From contig JAHBAU020000007.1 of assembly GCA_018499905.2 (NCBI GenBank), forward strand, positions 11,408-75,407: DNA of 64,000 bases, written 5' to 3'. Positions 45,340 through 54,563 of this stretch are shown piece after piece. The notes below the pieces were generated by a model, which was given only the letters and a program-made list of their open reading frames with translations, did no database searches and was not told where the DNA came from. The stretch comes from Candidatus Saccharimonadota bacterium (lineage in GTDB: Bacteria; Patescibacteriota; Saccharimonadia; Saccharimonadales; AQU-01). Position 1 is the stretch's first letter. The number at the start of each line of letters is the position of its first letter. Both the position numbers and the translations under genes were made by a program.

Positions 45340-47529
45340 TTAAGCCTTTGGTTGCTCCAAATTAGTAACCCCACCATGCTCACCACTATATTGTTCTGGC
45401 TCAATTAGTTGAGGGAAGATAAGTTTGTTGCGTTTATCGTAGGGGTCTTTTTCTTGGGTTATCAAGCCAGCTGCTTCGAGCATCGGTAAGATTTGACGAC
45501 GAAGAATATCGTCATTAGGCAAGCGATTTTCAAGTTCATAGTGACGATGAATGATCTCTTTGCGACTGACACCAGCATCGTCTCCAATTTGTTTAGAGTT
45601 CGGCTCACGATCTGCATTCTTTGCTACATAGATAGGCACAATGTATTTCTTGTAGAACTCGTAAGTATAGGGCGGTATGTTAAGCTCTTGGCTCTTGTTT
45701 ATCTTTTGCCAAACCTCAAATCCTTGATCAATGTCAGATTGAGTTGCAACTACATTTCCATTATCAGCACGGCGATACCAGACATTAAGCAGGGTTATGC
45801 ACTTGATAATTGATAGAAGGTGGCTCACATCACGCTGGTGACGTGGCTTAGTTGATTGAACATGGCTTAAGAAGCGACGCTCAATGATATTGGGGTCGGG
45901 TACTACAATGTCGTCTACGTGCTCTTGTTTAATCGCCAGTACACGGTCTTTAAGTTGCTGACGTTCTGGGCTTGCCTCAATTTTCGCCAAGAACTCAGCT
46001 TTGTTGGCATTACGGAGCGTAGCCATATGCACACCCTCTTGTACTTTTTCAATAGTTGTTTCGGGGCTCAACAATATCGCACGAGTCGCTTCTTGCTCAT
46101 CGAGACGCATACCTGCTGAACAAAAAATTGTTGCAGGAAATCCACGAATAATAATGTTTTTCGCACGGTTAGAACCTTTTTGGTTCTTATCTGTTATCTT
46201 GTAAGAAATCTCTTTCTTGTCATGAGACATTACAGGACGTAAGTTCTCCTGCAATTTGGGATTTGGCTGCTCAAGAAACACTAGAATCTTACGCTCAAGA
46301 TCAACAATGTAGCAGTTACGATCCTTATCAAAGCTGGCGTTATCATGGAAAAACGCCGTTGGTGATGCACCACCAAATTGACGTACATCTGCATCTGGGA
46401 AGTATTGAGCTACTTGGGTTGGAATGTAGGTCTTACCAGTCGATGACGGTGCATTGAAGCTTACATTTAGCTGACTGTCTTCTGTGTAGGCTGATAGCAT
46501 GCACAAGAAGCTGACTAGCTTATTCTCGTTGTCATGCTTGATTGTTAGATCGAGCACTGATGCTAGTTCTGAAGTTGTAATTTCTTTGAAGGTACTGACA
46601 TCTATCGGTTTTGGACCAGAGCGTAATTCTGCATACTTATCAAATAGATCGCTTGGATCAGCGTTTGGTAATTTGAAGTAATCTGTAATATCGCCATGTG
46701 CACCAACTTCGTGGGGGAGGGAAATTTGCAGTACTGAAGTTGAGGGTAGTGCTTGCGATAGTTTTTCGATAAGCTCGTTAGCACCTTGTTCGCCAGCCTC
46801 ATCGTTATCGAAGCATATGTATAAATGACGCACAGACGTGAGCTGATCAATCCATTCTTGTTTGAAGGTACGAGCACCAGCAGTAGAAGATATGGCTGGT
46901 ATACCAAATGCACGCAATACTAAGCAATCAAATTCACCTTCACAAATTACTAGTTGGTCAGGTTTTTCTTTTAAGATTTCAGCATTGAATATTGCACCTT
47001 CACCACCAGTAGACATATATTTTGCACTTCCAGAAGCTACGAAAGGGTCTTGACGTAATTTCATGAATTGCACAGTGCCAGAAGCATCACGAACGGGGAT
47101 CGTTACCCAGCTCTTACCGTAGAATTCGCCGTAGCCTAGTTCATAATCATCAATATCTTCCTCTAGCAATAAGCGATCATTTTTCAGCCACTCACGAATG
47201 TTTAGTGGCAGCTGATTGTGGTATTTTGTAGCTAATTTCGTAGGGCTAGAGGGTTGGTCAAAAGTTTGACGGGTGAGAGTTTCAGGAGTGATTCCGAATG
47301 CTTTATTTAAGCCATTCATACCGCCATTTTCTCCGCACTTGTGACAATAATATTGACCCGTATTGGCATTTATATATAAATGGGCTTCATTCCCACGGCT
47401 ATCAGCATCGCAGTCGTTGAAAATACAGTGGGTGATTAGTTCATTGCCACGTTCACGAAAATCTATATTGCTGTCTTTGAGCATGTCTTTAATGTTTTGA
47501 GTAGGGTAGGAATTCATAGCGAACTCCAC
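45340..47529 (-). CDS. Primase-helicase-like replication protein (Zn finger, TOPRIM, P-loop)
   Basis: Zn finger HCIFNDCD...YYCHKCG. TOPRIM motifs ICEGEFDCLV and ICFDNDEAGEQG. Walker A FNAPSSTGKTY. Confidence 0.7.
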   Translation of the reverse strand: MEFAMNSYPTQNIKDMLKDSNIDFRERGNELITHCIFNDCDADSRGNEAHLYINANTGQYYCHKCGENGGMNGLNKAFGITPETLTRQTFDQPSSPTKLATKYHNQLPLNIREWLKNDRLLLEEDIDDYELGYGEFYGKSWVTIPVRDASGTVQFMKLRQDPFVASGSAKYMSTGGEGAIFNAEILKEKPDQLVICEGEFDCLVLRAFGIPAISSTAGARTFKQEWIDQLTSVRHLYICFDNDEAGEQGANELIEKLSQALPSTSVLQISLPHEVGAHGDITDYFKLPNADPSDLFDKYAELRSGPKPIDVSTFKEITTSELASVLDLTIKHDNENKLVSFLCMLSAYTEDSQLNVSFNAPSSTGKTYIPTQVAQYFPDADVRQFGGASPTAFFHDNASFDKDRNCYIVDLERKILVFLEQPNPKLQENLRPVMSHDKKEISYKITDKNQKGSNRAKNIIIRGFPATIFCSAGMRLDEQEATRAILLSPETTIEKVQEGVHMATLRNANKAEFLAKIEASPERQQLKDRVLAIKQEHVDDIVVPDPNIIERRFLSHVQSTKPRHQRDVSHLLSIIKCITLLNVWYRRADNGNVVATQSDIDQGFEVWQKINKSQELNIPPYTYEFYKKYIVPIYVAKNADREPNSKQIGDDAGVSRKEIIHRHYELENRLPNDDILRRQILPMLEAAGLITQEKDPYDKRNKLIFPQLIEPEQYSGEHGGVTNLEQPKA

Positions 47530-47804
47530 AGAATCATCTGATAGTTTAAGTTCATGATTTCGGCAATGAATTTATCTTCATCTATCTGTAGTAGGCGTTT
47601 ACTCCAATCATTAGCAGCTTGCTCGATGCTGCTGGTTATCTTGAAATGATAAATAAAGCTTGAGTTGAGGCTACGACTACGTTTTTTGGTGGGGTGCATA
47701 CTTATCATTTCGTAACCTTTGCTTAGAAGTGCAGCAGCCAATGCTAAATCCTCAGTATCAAAGGAACTGATGCCTTCATCGATTTTTCTTATTACTTTCT
47801 TCAT
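47514..47804 (-). CDS. Small protein, DUF5659-like (from memory)
   Basis: FDTEDLALAAALLSKGYEM...FIYHF resembles small phage/plasmid proteins. It overlaps the primase start by 16 nt. Confidence 0.4.
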   Translation of the reverse strand: MKKVIRKIDEGISSFDTEDLALAAALLSKGYEMISMHPTKKRSRSLNSSFIYHFKITSSIEQAANDWSKRLLQIDEDKFIAEIMNLNYQMILWSSL

Positions 47805-47993
47805 TTCTTGTGTCCTTTCTTAAGACGCACTGAACAGACCGATAGAGCACAATGCCTTACCGAATCGTTCTTAATAATTGATTTCTGACCACCAAGTTTT
47901 CTAACTTAAATGTGTCTATTTTAATTTTACGCAGCCAGAAGAAAACCCGCTTGGTACGCTGAATTAGTCTGAAAAACAGACTCTTATTCTGAG

Positions 47994-48782
47994 TTATTCT
48001 GAGATTTTGGTGCTTGTTTCGGCTATTATCGCAATTTGTTGATCTGTAAGATTGGTTGTTTTTCTCACCCGAATACTTTTTGGTGAAGTAGTCATGAAAG
48101 GACTGAGTGCGTTATTTTTACCAAAAATCGATTTATATGTATCGTTATTGAAATTACTCAATCCAAATACACTGATGCCTGCTTTTTTCATTTCTACTTT
48201 GAGATCGTCAAGGTTGACATCTTGATTGGGGTGTTTAGCCAAACAAAATGAAATAACGTTGTACGCCAGACCTTCTCGCATAGGAGTTAAGTAATACTTA
48301 GTATCGCCAATAGTAATCACGGGTACTACAATGCTTTCAAATGATAACTTTGCGTACATTTTATCTAGCTCAGCCTTAAATGTAGCGACGTTTTTATCTG
48401 ATTCATCAATTATTGTTTTCATTTCTGGGGTGAGATCGGGTATTTTTTTACCAGCTTTAATACACAGTCTGCTGACGCTTGAGTTATGTGCTTCACCATA
48501 GTCTCCTCCGCTGTGGGTGAATTCTATAGCTGGTACAAATTCGTGGGCTTGCTCTAAATTATCTAGTACACGCCAGCAGATACCTCCTCCAAGTTTTTTT
48601 AGTTCTGGCTGACGATCATATATTTGTTTTAGCTCATCTACCATTAAGATGTAGCTACGGTTGACGGCTGAAAGGTCAGGGGTGCTTCTATTATCAACAA
48701 CCATAGTGAAGATATTGATCACACGATCATTCAGAATTTTCGCTAGTGCGTAATCGTTGGCAGTATCGGTATTTTTGCTCAT
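47994..48782 (-). CDS. Hypothetical protein (262 aa)
   Basis: Clear ORF, divergent from the 76-aa HTH gene. No motif recognised. Confidence 0.45.
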   Translation of the reverse strand: MSKNTDTANDYALAKILNDRVINIFTMVVDNRSTPDLSAVNRSYILMVDELKQIYDRQPELKKLGGGICWRVLDNLEQAHEFVPAIEFTHSGGDYGEAHNSSVSRLCIKAGKKIPDLTPEMKTIIDESDKNVATFKAELDKMYAKLSFESIVVPVITIGDTKYYLTPMREGLAYNVISFCLAKHPNQDVNLDDLKVEMKKAGISVFGLSNFNNDTYKSIFGKNNALSPFMTTSPKSIRVRKTTNLTDQQIAIIAETSTKISE

Positions 48783-48877
48783 TTGCTAACTATTATAAGT
48801 GATTTGCAACATCTAGCAGAATAGCCAATCTGTCATAATTAAAAGAGAAGGCTGAAACAAAAAATGAGGTTAAGTTA

Positions 48878-49108
48878 ATGATAAAAAATAGAATTAGTAA
48901 TAGGCATAAGGTTACCTACCTGACTTTAATTAACATTGCTGATGATATACAGCGTAATGCTACAGTGACCGAGACATGTCGAAAGAATAATATTTCAAGA
49001 GACACATTCTACCGATACTTGAAAAATGAACCTGAATTTACTGAGCTTATAATTAAAGCGTATAAGTACCAGAGCGAAGTACCTACACCATTTTTTACAA
49101 CCCGTTGA
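48878..49108 (+). CDS. Small HTH protein
   Basis: TVTETCRKNNISRDTFYRYLK is a helix-turn-helix of the resolvase/terminase-small/transposase-N type. Confidence 0.45.
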   Translation: MIKNRISNRHKVTYLTLINIADDIQRNATVTETCRKNNISRDTFYRYLKNEPEFTELIIKAYKYQSEVPTPFFTTR

Positions 49109-49232
49109 TCTGACAGTTATGCGAAAACTCCCTTACTTTTGTGGGGTTATCTTCAATTTTGTGTAAGATCACTACTCCTGTTAGTATGAAAATATGACAC
49201 GAGAAAAAAGAAGAAAACCGCAGCTTGAGACT

Positions 49233-49401
49233 GATGAAATAATTACGGTAATCTTACCCGTTATCAACAGCTAAATCTGGAAAAAAATTTGTAAGCAGTT
49301 GCACTACATTTTTACTGATGTAAAAAGTGAACGACATAACCTCAAATAATATACCCTCTAGGATCTACATAGAGGTCATAAGAGGTGTTTTTGGACAAAA
49401 G
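49233..49401 (+). repeat. Direct repeat copy 1 (about 170 bp)
   Basis: Aligns with 55971-56140. Exact shared runs are aaaaagtgaacgacataacct (21 nt), agaggtcataagagg (15 nt) and acggtaatctta (12 nt). Confidence 0.8.
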
Positions 49402-49505
49402 TTGAGTGTAGGTGTGTTCTCACAAAAGCAGACATAATTTCAAAACCTTTCCTAATATACTTTCTGCTCTGTAAAGACTTAGGCTAACAAGCTATAATTA
49501 TCTAT

Positions 49506-50369
49506 ATGCAAGAAAAACATGATGAAGTCATTGAGGGTGTTGAAAATAATGAACAGAAACCTACCAAAAAGCACAAACTAGGTAAGCGTTCGAAGATAGT
49601 AGTAGCTCTGTTAGTCGTCGCTGTGCTTTTACCTCTATCTTATGCTGGCTATGTATATGCTGCTTCACCTGACGTTATTCGTAAACCCAAGCTAGAACAC
49701 TATCATTTTAGAATGCAGGTATTGGTTGACGGTAAAGCGGAAGACTTTAGTACTCAGGGCTACCAGACAGGCTACGCCAAAGACCAATGTAACGCTAACC
49801 TGCCAGAACAGCCTATTCACTTCCACGACAATAAAGACCAGTTTACCCATATTCACTGGGAAGGCATGACAGGCGGTATGGTTATGAAGTATTACGGTTG
49901 GGACTTTATAGGTGGTATGAAAAATGCACTGGGCTATAAGCTAGATAATCCGAAAGACCCGCAGAAAGTAACCACGCACGGTAACTACCTGCCAGCCATT
50001 CCGAACGATGCAAGGTTCTATATTTATACTGGTGATGAAAATGGCTATCAAGAAAAGAACTTTGAGGATTGGAAAAACCAAGACCTTGAGCAGTTCTTTA
50101 ATAAGACCAGCAACTTCCCAGCTCACGAACAAAACAAACAATCTAGCTTATTAGATAAAGTCTTCCCTAAAGCTAATGCTCATGGCGGCGAAGATGACGG
50201 CAATGATGGTGAGCCTGGCGAAGAAACCGAACAAGAAAAGCTAACTCGTATCAATAATATGGTAGGAAATGTCGTTATTTTTGTGCAAAAAGACAAGCCT
50301 ACCGACCAGCAAATTAAAGAGCGTTTTAATGACCTTGAACCACTTACGGACAGTACATGCGGCGGTTAA
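49506..50369 (+). CDS. Membrane-anchored secreted protein with His motifs
   Basis: N-terminal TM segment. HYHFRMQVLVDGK...PIHFHDNKDQFTHIHWE, then an acidic C-terminus. TATAAT lies 7 nt upstream of the ATG. Confidence 0.5.
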   Translation: MQEKHDEVIEGVENNEQKPTKKHKLGKRSKIVVALLVVAVLLPLSYAGYVYAASPDVIRKPKLEHYHFRMQVLVDGKAEDFSTQGYQTGYAKDQCNANLPEQPIHFHDNKDQFTHIHWEGMTGGMVMKYYGWDFIGGMKNALGYKLDNPKDPQKVTTHGNYLPAIPNDARFYIYTGDENGYQEKNFEDWKNQDLEQFFNKTSNFPAHEQNKQSSLLDKVFPKANAHGGEDDGNDGEPGEETEQEKLTRINNMVGNVVIFVQKDKPTDQQIKERFNDLEPLTDSTCGG

Positions 50370-50695
50370 GCAAAATCACTTTGAAAACATTTGCCACACT
50401 TTTTGTAGGTGTGCTTTTGCTCACTTGCTCATTGGGTGTTTTGTCTTCACACACAGGTGAGGCAAGCCAGCAGAAAGTAAGTTGTAGTTCGTCTTGTCAT
50501 TCTCATGGACAATCAACAGCTATAAACAGTCAAGCTAATAAAGACGAAGATGATAAAGAGCCTACGCCACCACCGTTTAGCTGGTTTCAAATACCCGCCA
50601 ACCTAGCGTTGTTATATGTAATGCCAGTTTTTGGTGTTTTATGGTTCGTTAGTAATAAGCAAAAGATACTACTGACCACGCAACTCAGATTTTGA
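50357..50695 (+). CDS. Small membrane protein with a CxxxC motif
   Basis: Signal/TM segment, CSSSCHSH, an acidic stretch and a C-terminal TM segment. It is a paralog of 56472..56840. Confidence 0.45.
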   Translation: MRRLSKITLKTFATLFVGVLLLTCSLGVLSSHTGEASQQKVSCSSSCHSHGQSTAINSQANKDEDDKEPTPPPFSWFQIPANLALLYVMPVFGVLWFVSNKQKILLTTQLRF

Positions 50696-50740
50696 GATTA
50701 CTTAAGTATCCAGAGTAATTTTAAAAATAAGGAGTTTGTT

Positions 50741-51394
50741 ATGAGCGGTAAAGGATTTTGGATTGTATTAGCGGTAATTTTAATAGGCTTCATTGGTGTT
50801 ATAACCTATACCAAAAAAGATAAAGCGGCAGAGAGTGGCTCAACAGCTAGTTCGCAAGGCTCGCAGAACTATTACGGCAAAATGGATAGCCCCGTTACTA
50901 TTACGGAGTTTGTAGATTTTCAGTGTGAAGCTTGTTATGCCTACTACCCGTATGTTAAGCAAGTAAAAGAAATTTACAAAGACAAAGTACGTTTTCAAGT
51001 ACGTAATTTTCCTATAACATCAGGGCATCAGTTTGCTTTCCAAGCTGCCAGATCAGCGGAGGCTGCTGCACGACAAGGCAAGTTCTGGGAAATGCACGAC
51101 AAGATTTTTGAAGGACAAAAACAATGGGAGCAAACCCAAAACCCACAAAGCTACTTTGATCAATACGCCGAAGATATTGGCTTAGACATGGAAAAATACC
51201 GTACTGATCGTGATAGTTCAGATGTAGCAGCCGTCATCAATAAAGACTTGGCAGATGTGAAAGAAATCGGTGGAACTGGGACGCCAACTTTTGCGATAAA
51301 TGGAGTGAAAGTAGACAAAACAGAGCCTAGTGTAGAAGGACTTTCCAAGATGATTGACGATGCACTTGCAAATCAAGGTGGAAGCAATGAGTAG
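50741..51394 (+). CDS. DsbA-family thiol:disulfide oxidoreductase
   Basis: N-terminal TM segment, active site FQCEACY (CxxC) and a cis-Pro loop GTGTPTF. Confidence 0.8.
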   Translation: MSGKGFWIVLAVILIGFIGVITYTKKDKAAESGSTASSQGSQNYYGKMDSPVTITEFVDFQCEACYAYYPYVKQVKEIYKDKVRFQVRNFPITSGHQFAFQAARSAEAAARQGKFWEMHDKIFEGQKQWEQTQNPQSYFDQYAEDIGLDMEKYRTDRDSSDVAAVINKDLADVKEIGGTGTPTFAINGVKVDKTEPSVEGLSKMIDDALANQGGSNE

Positions 51395-51899
51395 TAAAAA
51401 GAAAACAATACTGTTTTTTCTCCTCCTATTTTTTACAGCCGTAATTACAATTGCAATACAGGCAGCAGTTCAGAGCAGCACCTCAAAAAACGATCAGGAA
51501 AATACCGCTGCGTCTGCTCACGATGAAACAAACAGCGACGGTCATCATAATAGCGACAGTGAAGAATTAGGTGACGTAGTTGATTTGACGAATCAAAACG
51601 AAGTCTCAATGGACATAAAAGATTTTAAGTATGAGAAATCGAACATAAAGATAAAAAAAGGTACGAATGTAACGTGGACTAATCAAGACGAAGTCCAGCA
51701 CAATGTAATGCAAGAACACGAAAACGATAATGACGCTCACGATGCACCGTCTAAAGATGAAGAAAAGCCTGATGTTTTAGCAAGTCGATTGCTATCTAGA
51801 GGAGAAAGCTACAGTTACACGTTCAATGAAGTCAGCACTAGCCCATACCACTGTTCTCCACACCCCTATATGAAAGGCTCGGTAACTGTCGTTGAATGA
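51387..51899 (+). CDS. Amicyanin-like cupredoxin
   Basis: Signal peptide. The type-1 Cu ligand pattern is QHNV...YHCSPHPYMKGSVTV. The start overlaps the dsbA-like stop. Confidence 0.8.
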   Translation: MSSKKKTILFFLLLFFTAVITIAIQAAVQSSTSKNDQENTAASAHDETNSDGHHNSDSEELGDVVDLTNQNEVSMDIKDFKYEKSNIKIKKGTNVTWTNQDEVQHNVMQEHENDNDAHDAPSKDEEKPDVLASRLLSRGESYSYTFNEVSTSPYHCSPHPYMKGSVTVVE

Positions 51900-52593
51900 T
51901 CAAGACTTCTCTAATGTTAATAGCGTAAAAAAGCATAAGATAATTTTTGCGATCGGGGTGTTTCTTGTAGTGGTTTTAATGACTCTGGTTTCTTTACGAG
52001 TAATTTCAAAGATACCTGATACACCAACAGAATCGGTTACTGAGTCTACCACACAAACGCCTAGCAGTGATCCGTTAGCTTCTATGATTCAGCCTGTACA
52101 AGGTGCTGTAGGAGATGAGTTTGATGCGAAATACGTCGAGTTATTATTTGTGCATAATGCAATCAGTACAGCAATGGCTAATTTAGTTAAAGATAGCCAA
52201 GATAAGGAGATTCGAGAATTTGCAGACTATATAATACGCTCAAATGTGGCAAGTAATGAAAAACTTCTTACGTGGTCTAAAGATCTGAAGGCAAGTACTA
52301 GTCCACCGAAACAAACAGACGTAGACACGATTGTTGCAAACCTGACAAGCAATTCAGGTGAGGAGCGGGATCATCAGTTCGTTTTGGATATTATTGACCA
52401 TCTAGCGGGCTCAACAACGTTGTCAAAGTATGCAATATCTAATAGTGACAACAGCGAAATTAAGAATTTTGCTAATCAACTAATTACTGATGAAAGTACT
52501 CAAGCTGAGACTTTTCAAAAATGGGCACGAACCGTCAGTTTCGATAGCGATGACAGACAAACTTTTAACCATGACAAGCATGATAATTATTAA
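51892..52593 (+). CDS. DUF305-like protein with degenerate His motifs
   Basis: TTG start overlaps the cupredoxin stop. It has the two-repeat layout of DUF305, but reads FVHNAISTAMA and IIDHLAGSTTL instead of HHxGA(I/V)xMA. Confidence 0.45.
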   Translation: MNDQDFSNVNSVKKHKIIFAIGVFLVVVLMTLVSLRVISKIPDTPTESVTESTTQTPSSDPLASMIQPVQGAVGDEFDAKYVELLFVHNAISTAMANLVKDSQDKEIREFADYIIRSNVASNEKLLTWSKDLKASTSPPKQTDVDTIVANLTSNSGEERDHQFVLDIIDHLAGSTTLSKYAISNSDNSEIKNFANQLITDESTQAETFQKWARTVSFDSDDRQTFNHDKHDNY

Positions 52594-52704
52594 ATGATGA
52601 GGGGGATAATAACGTGGGTAAGATAAGAATCTTTGTCAGTCTCAATGCACTTTATGAAGATGAAGTAATGTCAGACACTTTAGAGCTAAGGTTGTTGAAT
52701 AAAT

Positions 52705-54042
52705 ATGCCAATTGATACTGATGCTGCAAGGGCTTTAATGGCGGATAGTCTCGGCTTTCATATCATTTTTGCGTTGCTTGGTGTTGGATTGCCATTGGTA
52801 ATATTGCTTATAGAACAGCTTGGGTTACGAAGAAAAGACCCGCTTATTTTAGAGCATGCCAAGCGACTATCTTACGCTACGGTAATCTTGGTTGTTGCAG
52901 GCGTAGCATCTGGTACTATCATTTCAATTCAAATGTCACTAATGTGGGGTAACTTGATTGAGTTCGGTGGCCAAATTATGGGACTTGCTTTCGGTTGGGA
53001 AGGTTACGCTTTTATGTTGGAGGCTGTGTTCCTTGCGTTTTATGTTTCTACCTGGGGTATAATAAAGGGCTGGAAGCATTGGTTGCTAGGCGTACCTGTA
53101 GCTATTGGCTCGTTTGGGTCAGCATTTGCAATTACTCTTGGCAATGCTTGGATGCAGAATCCAGGTGTGCTTAATGTTGTTGAAGGCGTGGTACAGACCG
53201 ACAATCCAGTACGAGAATTGTTCACTAAAACCGCATTCTTTATGGTTAGTCATTCGGTTGCTGGCTATTACCTTGCCACGCTACTGTGCGTACTTGGGAT
53301 TTATGCCTTTTATACATTGAAATTTAAGCCTAGCGGCAAAGACCAAAATGCTGTCAGGCAGATTATGTTTCGTCTGTCGGCTACTGCGGTGTTCTTTGTT
53401 GCTGTTACTGCAGTGCTTGGACACTTCCAGTCGCAATACTTAGCAGAGTCGCAGCCCAGAAAGTTCGCAGCGATAGAACTAAACGAGGAAACTCGTACGA
53501 ACGCACCGTACATTATTGGGGGACACTGGAAAGAGGACGGCACAGTTGAAGGCGGTATTCGTATACCAAATATGCTAAGTATCTTGGCTGGCAACAGTCT
53601 ATCTACGGAGGTTAAAGGTTTACAAGACTTCCCGAAAGATACGTGGCCAATGCTTTTTGTGAATATCTTGTTTGAGTCAAAGTTGCTCCTAGTCGCCATT
53701 GTATCTAGTGTGTCAATTTTGTTTACGGTATTACATTATAAAAGGCTAAACGAAAAGTACCGTGCTTGGCGATACAAAAAACCACTACTTATTGCGTTAT
53801 TGCCGCTCGGTCCATTAACGATAATAATCGTAGAACTTGGCTGGATGGTAGCAGAATTTGGTCGCCAACCATTCGTGGTTAATGGCTATATGCGTACTGA
53901 CCAAGCCTTTTCGGGACAGATAGGCTCATGGGGTTACATATTCCCAATACTATTCGTAGTTCTCTTTATTGTTACCACAATAGCCCTCTGGTTGCTGTTT
54001 AAGAAACAGGGCAAAATTAAACCAGCGAAAGGCTTGCTGTAG
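52705..54042 (+). CDS. cydA: Cytochrome bd-type oxidase subunit I
   Basis: 445 aa. TM1 carries a His (LGFHIIFALLG). GWEGYAFMLEAVFLAFY and FGRQPFVV also match CydA. The Q-loop is short. Confidence 0.8.
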   Translation: MPIDTDAARALMADSLGFHIIFALLGVGLPLVILLIEQLGLRRKDPLILEHAKRLSYATVILVVAGVASGTIISIQMSLMWGNLIEFGGQIMGLAFGWEGYAFMLEAVFLAFYVSTWGIIKGWKHWLLGVPVAIGSFGSAFAITLGNAWMQNPGVLNVVEGVVQTDNPVRELFTKTAFFMVSHSVAGYYLATLLCVLGIYAFYTLKFKPSGKDQNAVRQIMFRLSATAVFFVAVTAVLGHFQSQYLAESQPRKFAAIELNEETRTNAPYIIGGHWKEDGTVEGGIRIPNMLSILAGNSLSTEVKGLQDFPKDTWPMLFVNILFESKLLLVAIVSSVSILFTVLHYKRLNEKYRAWRYKKPLLIALLPLGPLTIIIVELGWMVAEFGRQPFVVNGYMRTDQAFSGQIGSWGYIFPILFVVLFIVTTIALWLLFKKQGKIKPAKGLL

Positions 54043-54560
54043 TGTCTGCCCTCTGGTTCGTTGTCGTGCCACTAATGGTTTACATACCGATGTTTCTAGT
54101 TGAGCTGTATATTGCATTTCGTCGCATCGGTAAGCCATTAGACAAGGGGGGTGAGTATCTTCATGCCACTTGGGAGGCAACCCATACTTTTCTGGTATTG
54201 GCACTCAACTATTTTATGTGGTTATACAGTTCAGCAATAGTTGATGTTGCGAGGTCAGTATTTATCCCGCTCATAATGTTTGGTGCTGTTTTTATTGTTC
54301 GGGCAATCCTGTACATTTACTTGTTCTATATAAAAAAATCTACCAAGCCCAACCTAATAGCGGATTGGGCTTTTGCCTTGTGCCATGTCGTAATGCTTGT
54401 CTGTATAAGTTACGTAACTATTACGACTGCCCAAATACTGCTTGGCGGTGACTATGAATCAAATCACATCCTACTACCATTGTTGTATCCAGGGCTATTT
54501 TTGATGATTCCGCTAGTGAGTGTGCCGCTTTACTTCTTGTACAAGACGAGGGGCAAATAG
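54042..54560 (+). CDS. Small polytopic membrane protein; possible non-canonical oxidase partner
   Basis: GTG start overlaps the cydA stop as TAGTG. At 172 aa and about 5 TM spans it is half the canonical CydB size. ATWEATHTFLVL faintly recalls the CydB WDGNEVWL motif. Confidence 0.35.
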   Translation: MSALWFVVVPLMVYIPMFLVELYIAFRRIGKPLDKGGEYLHATWEATHTFLVLALNYFMWLYSSAIVDVARSVFIPLIMFGAVFIVRAILYIYLFYIKKSTKPNLIADWAFALCHVVMLVCISYVTITTAQILLGGDYESNHILLPLLYPGLFLMIPLVSVPLYFLYKTRGK

Positions 54561-54563
54561 ACT

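Noticed and set aside
43322-49200. A prophage interpretation of the recombinase region
   Set aside because: I recognised no capsid, portal, terminase large subunit, tail or lysis genes. Only a small HTH protein and a primase-helicase are present, so I call it an integrative element instead.
49346-49375. A second CsoR operator inside repeat copy 1 (ATACCCTCTAGG...)
   Set aside because: Only the left half-site resembles the 56157-56173 palindrome. The right half (GGGGGTAT) is absent, and copy 2 of the repeat is not conserved here.
54042-54560. Annotating this ORF as canonical cydB
   Set aside because: At 172 aa it is about half the normal CydB length, and similarity is limited to one faint motif. 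I kept it as a possible non-canonical partner only.
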